A stretch of DNA of 64,000 nucleotides from a virus. Under the pieces are notes generated by a model, which ran no database searches, was not told the origin of the DNA, and worked only from the letters and a program-made list of their open reading frames with translations. Made by a program: the position numbers and the translations under genes. Where the stretch lies: IMG/VR virus record IMGVR_UViG_3300044548_000056. One strand, written 5' to 3'. This document shows, in pieces, positions 27,910-35,115 of the stretch (position 1 is its first letter; the number at the start of each line of letters is the position of its first letter).

Positions 27910-29085
27910 ATGGCAACTTTAAAACTCACAATCATACCGGAACAGAAACTAAAAGACGGTAGACACAAAATTCGGATTTCAATAGCACATAAATCTAGTA
28001 CAAGGTTCATCCCTACTCCTTATATTATAGATAATCCGTCTCAATTCAAAAACGGGCAAGTCATCAGCCGGCCAGATGCCGCAATAATGAATTCAAGATT
28101 ACGTCGGAAACTTAACTTTTATCAGGATGCTTTAGATAGCATTCCAAACATCGAGGATTACTCGTGCACAGAACTAAAAGCATTACTCACCTCTCATAAA
28201 GATTATACCAACGTAACATATAAGCAGGCCGCCCAAGAATATGTAGATGAGTTATCGGAAGAGAAAAGGGAAAAATCAGAGAAACTATACCGACTCGCTT
28301 CAAAGTCATTCATTAAATATGAAGGGGACATTATACTAATCAATATCACCCCAAAGAACATACGCCATTTTGAAGTTAAACTGGAAGAAAAAGGACTATC
28401 TACCACTACAATCAAAATATACCTTACTTTGGTGAAAGTCATAGTGAACTATGCAAAGAAAAGGAAGATGGTTACCTACGAAACCGATCCGTTTGAGTTT
28501 TGCAGGATGCCGGCCGCAAACATCCGGGAGCTGGACCTAACCATAGAGGAAATAAAAGCAATCCGAGATGCCGAACTAGATCACTATAACCTAAGAGTAG
28601 TCCGGGACATCTTCATGTTATCCTATTATCTTGCTGGCATCAATCTCGTTGACTTACTCGCAATCAATTTCAAGAAACAAACGATACTCGAATACACCCG
28701 GAAGAAAACCAAAAACAAGAAGCAGGGTGAGCGGAAAACATCATTCACTATACAGCCCGAAGCAAAAGAGATCATAGACCGTTATATGGCTAAGAGTGGC
28801 AAACTCGTATTCGGCAAGTATGATACCTTTGGAAAATGTTATTCAGTTGTTTCTCGGAAGATTGCTGCTTTGGCAGAAGCTGCAGGAATTGAAAAGCGTG
28901 TCGTATATTACTCGGCCAGGAAGAGTTTTGTACAGCATGGCTTTGAGCTCGGCATATCCCTTGAAATATTAGAGTATTGTATAGGCCAGTCCATGAAAAG
29001 TAACCGCCCTATCTTTAATTACTTCCGGGTAATGCGAAAGCATGCGGATATAGCCATCAGAAAGATACTTGATAATCTTAAATAA
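27910..29085 (+). CDS. int: Tyrosine integrase (Bacteroidales type)
   Basis: Arm domain MATLKLTI..., SAM-like middle domain, catalytic region FMLSYYLAGIN...YYSARKSF...IFNY; likely start ATG 27910. Confidence 0.88.
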   Translation: MATLKLTIIPEQKLKDGRHKIRISIAHKSSTRFIPTPYIIDNPSQFKNGQVISRPDAAIMNSRLRRKLNFYQDALDSIPNIEDYSCTELKALLTSHKDYTNVTYKQAAQEYVDELSEEKREKSEKLYRLASKSFIKYEGDIILINITPKNIRHFEVKLEEKGLSTTTIKIYLTLVKVIVNYAKKRKMVTYETDPFEFCRMPAANIRELDLTIEEIKAIRDAELDHYNLRVVRDIFMLSYYLAGINLVDLLAINFKKQTILEYTRKKTKNKKQGERKTSFTIQPEAKEIIDRYMAKSGKLVFGKYDTFGKCYSVVSRKIAALAEAAGIEKRVVYYSARKSFVQHGFELGISLEILEYCIGQSMKSNRPIFNYFRVMRKHADIAIRKILDNLK

Positions 29086-29289
29086 TTATTGGGCGGAGAG
29101 AACGAAGTCCACAGCTTCACTTTCCGCCTCTTCCCTCTCCTTCTTTATATCGGAACTAAGGCGTAATACCAAATCACTGTCTCCTGTTACAGCATTTACA
29201 GTATTTCCGTCCGGGTGTTCAACAGTCAAGAGATAGTGCCCATAACTAACAAAGTCCTTACCAACTAATTTTGCTTTACTTGCTTTCAT
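29086..29289 (-). CDS. Small hypothetical protein behind a structured leader
   Basis: MKASKAKLVGKDFVSYGHYLLTVE...; likely start 29289; own promoter at 29470-29500. Confidence 0.7.
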   Translation of the reverse strand: MKASKAKLVGKDFVSYGHYLLTVEHPDGNTVNAVTGDSDLVLRLSSDIKKEREEAESEAVDFVLSAQ

Positions 29290-29500
29290 AATTGTAATGC
29301 ATTGGAGCGGAAAAAAGAACGGTTCCGCTTTCCCGTTGCTTATCACCTCAGAGGCTGTAGACGCATTAACGTTCTACACGGGGGTCGAAACCGTATATAA
29401 AGAAGCCACGGACAATATATGCCCGCAGCAAAATAGGCAGTTAACCGCCTCTGAGTATGATAAGCATTACAAAGATGAGGATATTTTGGGAGATAGCAAA
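29290..29500 (-). promoter_or_regulatory. Promoter (-33 TTTG 29497-29500, -7 CATCTTTG 29470-29477) and ~180-nt structured 5' leader
   Basis: 19-nt spacer; long inverted repeat 29337-29355/29447-29466; internal hairpins. Confidence 0.65.
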
Positions 29501-29834
29501 ACAGGGATCGTTTCTTTTATTTGGCTTAGTTAAGAATTGTCCCTTTTCTGTCTATATTTAAACAGAATGATAAAACCTTTTTTTATACAGTTTATTATAT
29601 GAAGAAAGAAAATATTAACTATGACATAAAGTTTCGATAATTAAATATACCTTTAATCCCTTCATACATAATGATAAAGTTAAAATATTCAATTGATCAG
29701 TTTGTAGAAATGAGAAATAAAACATAAACACCTAAGCAAAAGGCAAACAATATCAATGCAATTCATATACTTTACAGTTCCCAAGCATCTTGGTAAATGA
29801 TAATAAAGAACTTATATTAATATAAAAGAATAGA

Positions 29835-31637
29835 ATGGCTACGAATGAAAAACAGATAGATTCAAAGGCTATCGAAGAAAAGGCTATAAACGAAGTAAAA
29901 CGTTTTTTTGAAGATAGTAGTATTGTTTCTACTTTTATTGCTGAGAATGACAAAGAACCTTTTTGGGATGGTCATTTATATCTTTACCCTAACGGAATCA
30001 AAAAAAACGATAACTTCCAAGGACGCGTGGCAACCCAAATTAAGGGTAAGGTCTTAAAAGAGGCCAAAATGAACAACTACACTTACCCAGTTGATATGCC
30101 TGATTTAAAAGCTTATTTACACGAAGGTCTAGTCTTCATTGTGGTGCAATTAGTTGAAAAGCAACGAATCATATTCCATCGATATTTATCACCTATTGTA
30201 CTCCGAGATATCATTACTAAACATCCTGAAAACAAAAGTGTTTCTATAAGAATGTTTCCTCTCAGTAATTCTCTCAATGAGGTAGAACTAGAACTATTAC
30301 AATTTGAAATAGACTGCAAGAAGCAAATTAGCTCAGCAGATAGTTCACCAATAAACTTTGAAGACCTATTAAAAATGGAGATCGCTAATTTCTCCTTTAC
30401 TTTAGCTTTAAGTGAAGAAGATCGTTCACGCCCTTTTGGGGATCTGATAACTAGTAAACCTATTTATTTATATACCAATATCAATAGTAGCACAGATATT
30501 CAAATCCCAATAGGTAATGATCAAGTCTTTATTGAATTTAATAAGGAAATTAAAAATCCAGTTTCAGTAAAAAGTAAACAGTTCTATTCTTCATATATAT
30601 GCAAATACAAAAAAGATTGTACTATTATCAGCATTAGTAACTGCATGGAATTAACAATTTCCAAAGGTGCCAATAGAAATATCGCAAATACAAATATAAA
30701 CATAAAAAGAGGAGCTTGTTTTCTTAAAGATATTATCAAAGATACTGAATTTATTCTAGCCATAGCTGATGCTAGTGAAATAACGATTGGGAAAACAACA
30801 ATACAGATACCTATAAAGGAGGACGCTTTCATAAGTGAACTTCGCCAAAACATTAATGGTTGGAAGGAATTAGATACCACATTATGTAAAATAGGAACTC
30901 ACGAAGACATTGACCTGACAAATATCTCTCAAAAAGACACACAAAATATAGAACTTATTATAAGAATGATTGGCAGAGGAGAAGAGCTAAAATTAAACGG
31001 AAAGATTCCTAGCATAATCAAGATGAAAATATCCAATTTGAGTTTATTTCTGTTTGCTTATAAAGCTAGTTCAGGCAAATCCATATTAAAAAATTTATTT
31101 GATAGTAGCTTATTAGGTATAGACATATCAGATGGAACATTTAAAGAAAGTATATATGGTTTATTTGACAGAAAGACAATCTTTGAGTGCTCCAACTTTC
31201 CATATAATAATATAATTCCTTCATATGAAGCTTTAATAGACATTAATCCCCGTGTTTGTGAACGAATGACTTTACTCATGTTAGAATTATTATCCGCATA
31301 TGACATGATGTCCCCTACACTTACAAGAAAAAAATTAGCCTTACAGACTGCAAATGAAATATCGGATTGGTTAATAGCCAAAGATACAAATGAAGAAGCT
31401 AGAAAAATAAATTTAATAAACAAATATCAAATATTAAAACGCCAAGGAAAATTGTTGGATGCTGAAAAGAAAGTCTTGAAGCGACTTCAATTGGAAAACA
31501 CTGATAGCCCGAATCTTGAATGTGGTATAGCTCTCCTATTAGACGATTCAGATGCATTTGATATATATTGGCAAAAATTGTTAGATGAAGAACACACTCG
31601 ATTTATAAATTTTCCGATTTGGATTTTCAAAAAGTAA
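29835..31637 (+). CDS. Accessory protein with N-terminal DUF4365-like PD-(D/E)XK domain; putative defence
   Basis: NDKEPFWDGHLYLY...TQIKGK; AT-rich; helical C-terminus. Confidence 0.55.
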   Translation: MATNEKQIDSKAIEEKAINEVKRFFEDSSIVSTFIAENDKEPFWDGHLYLYPNGIKKNDNFQGRVATQIKGKVLKEAKMNNYTYPVDMPDLKAYLHEGLVFIVVQLVEKQRIIFHRYLSPIVLRDIITKHPENKSVSIRMFPLSNSLNEVELELLQFEIDCKKQISSADSSPINFEDLLKMEIANFSFTLALSEEDRSRPFGDLITSKPIYLYTNINSSTDIQIPIGNDQVFIEFNKEIKNPVSVKSKQFYSSYICKYKKDCTIISISNCMELTISKGANRNIANTNINIKRGACFLKDIIKDTEFILAIADASEITIGKTTIQIPIKEDAFISELRQNINGWKELDTTLCKIGTHEDIDLTNISQKDTQNIELIIRMIGRGEELKLNGKIPSIIKMKISNLSLFLFAYKASSGKSILKNLFDSSLLGIDISDGTFKESIYGLFDRKTIFECSNFPYNNIIPSYEALIDINPRVCERMTLLMLELLSAYDMMSPTLTRKKLALQTANEISDWLIAKDTNEEARKINLINKYQILKRQGKLLDAEKKVLKRLQLENTDSPNLECGIALLLDDSDAFDIYWQKLLDEEHTRFINFPIWIFKK

Positions 31638-31688
31638 AGAAAAAAATGCCAAGCATTCATCGTTTATTCTAAATCACAAATAGGATCA

Positions 31689-32546
31689 TTAAGTTTGATG
31701 ATTAGCAAAATCTTTTAAATAACTATAAATATTAACAGAATATAAAAAAGAAATATAATGTTCATTCTCAAAAGTAAACTCCTGAAAGCAAATAAACATT
31801 TTACGTGAATTACCCAATTGCCTAACATTCACTCTCGCACCTACTCTTTCTCTAAAAAAAAGTTTTTTCGTCTTATTATTGCAGGTTAATTCAAGTCCAT
31901 AAGTATCCAATAAAAACAAAAAAAGACGAATTGGACTATTTTTCATATCTTCAAACTTAGAATAATCCAATGAAAAGAAAGAAATTAGATGATATTGGCT
32001 AATATATCCACTTTTAAGCCGATTTATTCCCATATGATAAAATAGCAATCTTTTCACATTTCCAAAATGGATAACGCGTGTACAAAGCAAGTTTTCATTC
32101 CCTCCGACCTTAAAATATCTTATATTATCAGGCGTCAATAACCATGAATCAATGCCAGATGTTGTTACTTTAATATGGGACAAAACATCTTTTAAGTCTT
32201 TATCAATATTTATATTAGCCGGAATTAGCTGTTCTTTTGTCATCTCAGACGATTCTTTTAACAATAATATTTCGTCTTCAATACTAGAAGAAAGATCACT
32301 CTTTAAAAACTTACTTAATAAAGAACTGAGATATTTTTCAATCTTCAAATAATCACTTTCAGTCTCAATATCTGACAATTTTATATCACAATTCCTTTCA
32401 ATATCGAGATTAAGCTTTTCAATTATCTGCGGATAAAATTCAATAACAGCAGGGACAGTATCTTCTATACCTTGTCTTAAATTAGAATAATGATTCATTA
32501 AATAAAGAACCATTAACAGATATTTATTTTTTAATGTATCTTCCAT
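31689..32546 (-). CDS. Hypothetical accessory protein
   Basis: 285 aa, AT-rich, starts 1 nt after the 169-aa stop. Confidence 0.7.
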   Translation of the reverse strand: MEDTLKNKYLLMVLYLMNHYSNLRQGIEDTVPAVIEFYPQIIEKLNLDIERNCDIKLSDIETESDYLKIEKYLSSLLSKFLKSDLSSSIEDEILLLKESSEMTKEQLIPANINIDKDLKDVLSHIKVTTSGIDSWLLTPDNIRYFKVGGNENLLCTRVIHFGNVKRLLFYHMGINRLKSGYISQYHLISFFSLDYSKFEDMKNSPIRLFLFLLDTYGLELTCNNKTKKLFFRERVGARVNVRQLGNSRKMFICFQEFTFENEHYISFLYSVNIYSYLKDFANHQT

Positions 32547-32547
32547 A

Positions 32548-33057
32548 TTAGAACTGATGTATTACTTCAAATTCTCCATCCTTCAAATTAGGTATTCTAT
32601 ATTCCTTACCAAATGGGTTAGCTCTCTCAACAGTTGGGACCTCTTCTAATTTATTTTGCACCAAAGATATAGGAATTATATATAAAATAGGGTTAAATAA
32701 TTCAAAATCAGCTAAATCTATTAACTCTGTTATTGTTGCCAATTCAAAATTATCAATAATACCCTTTTGCAGAGCAAATGTTGCTCCCTTTTTTAATCCG
32801 ACTTTATTTGCGTCAATTTTAGAGCTATGATGATCTTTTTTATACACATCATTTTTCAAAGTTTTATAAATGTCCAAAGGAGATGAACTTGGAGGTATCT
32901 TGTAAAGTGGATCAAGTGGACTTAGCTCAGAAGGATCAAACACAGGAGAACACCAAACGTAATGTATTCCCCTATAATATTCTTTAGATAAAAGATTTGC
33001 CAATTTTGTATTTGTAGAATACAAATACAAAGAGTTACGAGGTATTCGAATTGCCAT
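32548..33057 (-). CDS. Hypothetical accessory protein with ADP-ribosyltransferase-like motif spacing
   Basis: LYLYST...HYVWCSP...KEYRI; own -7 box TATTTTTG at 33087-33094. Confidence 0.6.
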   Translation of the reverse strand: MAIRIPRNSLYLYSTNTKLANLLSKEYYRGIHYVWCSPVFDPSELSPLDPLYKIPPSSSPLDIYKTLKNDVYKKDHHSSKIDANKVGLKKGATFALQKGIIDNFELATITELIDLADFELFNPILYIIPISLVQNKLEEVPTVERANPFGKEYRIPNLKDGEFEVIHQF

Positions 33058-33250
33058 TCCAAATAAATATATACTGTTTTGTTTTGCAAAAATATATATT
33101 TATTTAAGAATGATAGTAAATAAATCAATTTATTTACTATCATTAATTATAATGTACATAATATGTATGCCTAATTATTTACTCACTCTTTATATTATGT
33201 AGAAGCAGCAAAGAAGGAAAAGGATTGCTATTCTATTAATAATACAGTAA

Positions 33251-33832
33251 TCATACCACTCTCTTTATAGCTTTCCACAATAGATTACTCCACCCAGTTC
33301 TCTTATTCATCCAAACGATCAAAGCAACAATAACAGCTATCCAAACAATGCCACCAGTCCAAATGAATAATGTTTGCCACCAAGACAACTTCTTTTCTAC
33401 CATTACAGGTACTTGATCTTGCTTCATAAATAGTTCAACACGTTTGCTTAAAGTATCTATAGCCTGTGTAATTTGTTTATACTGTAACTGCAAATTGTCA
33501 TTGAGTTGTTCCGTGCCTTTTGATTGACCGGAAGCTTTACCGGTAGTTTTGGATGTAGATGTCGGATGCTGTTTACCTGTGGAATCAGGAACAGACCAAT
33601 TTGTTTCAGTCCTGCTAAAATCAAAAGAAAAGTTATTCATCCACTCCTTCATCCATTTCACATCACGAGAAACAGTTAGGTCAATGCTATCATTCTTTAC
33701 CTTAACTTCACTAGAGGTGTCAAGGCTTTTGATTTCTGTATTTGTCTGCATGGCTTGCTTCGGGCTTCGGCAGGCAGTAAACCATATTCCCGACATCAGG
33801 AATATGGCTACAATATAGATTAGGCGTTTCAT
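33251..33832 (-). CDS. Unimolecular spanin-like lipoprotein
   Basis: Lipobox FTAC plus C-terminal TM segment, directly after the endolysin. Confidence 0.7.
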   Translation of the reverse strand: MKRLIYIVAIFLMSGIWFTACRSPKQAMQTNTEIKSLDTSSEVKVKNDSIDLTVSRDVKWMKEWMNNFSFDFSRTETNWSVPDSTGKQHPTSTSKTTGKASGQSKGTEQLNDNLQLQYKQITQAIDTLSKRVELFMKQDQVPVMVEKKLSWWQTLFIWTGGIVWIAVIVALIVWMNKRTGWSNLLWKAIKRVV

Positions 33833-34227
33833 AGGGCAAGCACTTGATGTTTGAGGTTATCTTTATCATAACTTACATGTACCCATGTGAAGTGACTTTC
33901 ATCAATAAGTTGCTTAAACGGAAGTTTCAAACTTTGGATGAGTTCAAATAGCTTCTTATTTTCGACAGGACTTCCCCCGGTAATATCAGCGGCCATTCCC
34001 TTTAGATGATCGCTAGTAGGTGCACCGCCTATCTTTTTATTTAGCTCCGGGCTACGAAAGCCGGAATTTACATGTATAGGCTTTCCGTACGCTTCACGCA
34101 AAGGGTCAAGTATGTTATCCACTAATGCAGTCAGGTTGGCCACATGTTCTTTCTTACAACGGTTATCTATTCCGTATCTGTCTGCTGTATCTGATTTACA
34201 CAGCTCTGCAATTGTAAAATGCTTCAT
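33829..34227 (-). CDS. Endolysin, peptidase M15 family
   Basis: VNSGFRS...SDHLKGMAADI...WVHVS. Confidence 0.9.
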   Translation of the reverse strand: MKHFTIAELCKSDTADRYGIDNRCKKEHVANLTALVDNILDPLREAYGKPIHVNSGFRSPELNKKIGGAPTSDHLKGMAADITGGSPVENKKLFELIQSLKLPFKQLIDESHFTWVHVSYDKDNLKHQVLAL

Positions 34228-34232
34228 TTCGT

Positions 34233-34706
34233 TTACTCCTTATCTGTTTTGTTCATGAAATCACCCACAACCTTTGCAACCCCTGACGGATCGGAATTGT
34301 GTTTCAGTACTTCAATGATTAATGCAGCAACATCATTCATCTGCTTTTTCACTTTGTCCTCTGCTTTCTCCCGGATACTCTTTATCTCAATGGCTGCAAC
34401 CACCAACGCACCGACCAGTGTAATAAACGGGAAAGTCGGAATGTTATAACCATAGTATGAGTTCAGGAACCAAAAGCACCCCATCTGCATACAGTCAACC
34501 ACCACAAGGGCCAGTAGCATGTTATAATACCCAGCCACTTTCTTTACCGAACGTTTCCAACCGTCGGAAGTAATAGCCTCCCCGCGTTGCTTGGCTTTCC
34601 GCACACCACTGATAAAATCAAGCCAGCCAAAGATTACAGGGGTAAGTAGGAAGCCAACCTCTATAAATCCGGCAATAATTAATTCATTTACTCCTTTCAT
34701 TTCCAT
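34233..34706 (-). CDS. Holin
   Basis: 2-3 TM segments, ITSDGWKRS, EIKSIREK; upstream of the endolysin. Confidence 0.8.
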   Translation of the reverse strand: MEMKGVNELIIAGFIEVGFLLTPVIFGWLDFISGVRKAKQRGEAITSDGWKRSVKKVAGYYNMLLALVVVDCMQMGCFWFLNSYYGYNIPTFPFITLVGALVVAAIEIKSIREKAEDKVKKQMNDVAALIIEVLKHNSDPSGVAKVVGDFMNKTDKE

Positions 34707-34798
34707 TTCAAATTTTATTCCTAACTTTAGGTGAATTTTATCATACGATAATTAATGTTATCCCCCCCCAAGCCTGTGAAGGCATAGGACGGGGATTT

Positions 34799-35098
34799 TT
34801 ACTCTTTAGGCTCTTCTTTCTCTTCCTCTTTGATAATATCATCAAGCATTTTATAAACAGGAGTTTTAATATAGATAAAATAGCCTGCGGCTTCCATAAC
34901 ATCCTTAATAAGCAAAGCTTTTCTCTTATCTATCTCGACTTCACCTTTGTAATACACCTCTTTCGCGAAATCACGCAATCCTATATCAGCCACGTTTTGT
35001 ATGATTGAATTGCCCAAATTCTTACTAATGTCTTGTATTACCGCTTTTCCCTCAAATGTAGGGTGTGTTTCAATCTTTCTAAAATCAATTGTTTTCAT
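34799..35098 (-). CDS. Hypothetical protein after tail fibre (possible fibre chaperone)
   Basis: 99 aa; position. Confidence 0.55.
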   Translation of the reverse strand: MKTIDFRKIETHPTFEGKAVIQDISKNLGNSIIQNVADIGLRDFAKEVYYKGEVEIDKRKALLIKDVMEAAGYFIYIKTPVYKMLDDIIKEEEKEEPKE

Positions 35099-35115
35099 TA
35101 TAGTCCTATATTAAA

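Noticed and set aside
34760-34796. C8 tract as a phase-variation site upstream of the holin
   Set aside because: It forms one arm of an ATCCCC/GGGGAT hairpin in non-coding DNA; no evidence of slippage
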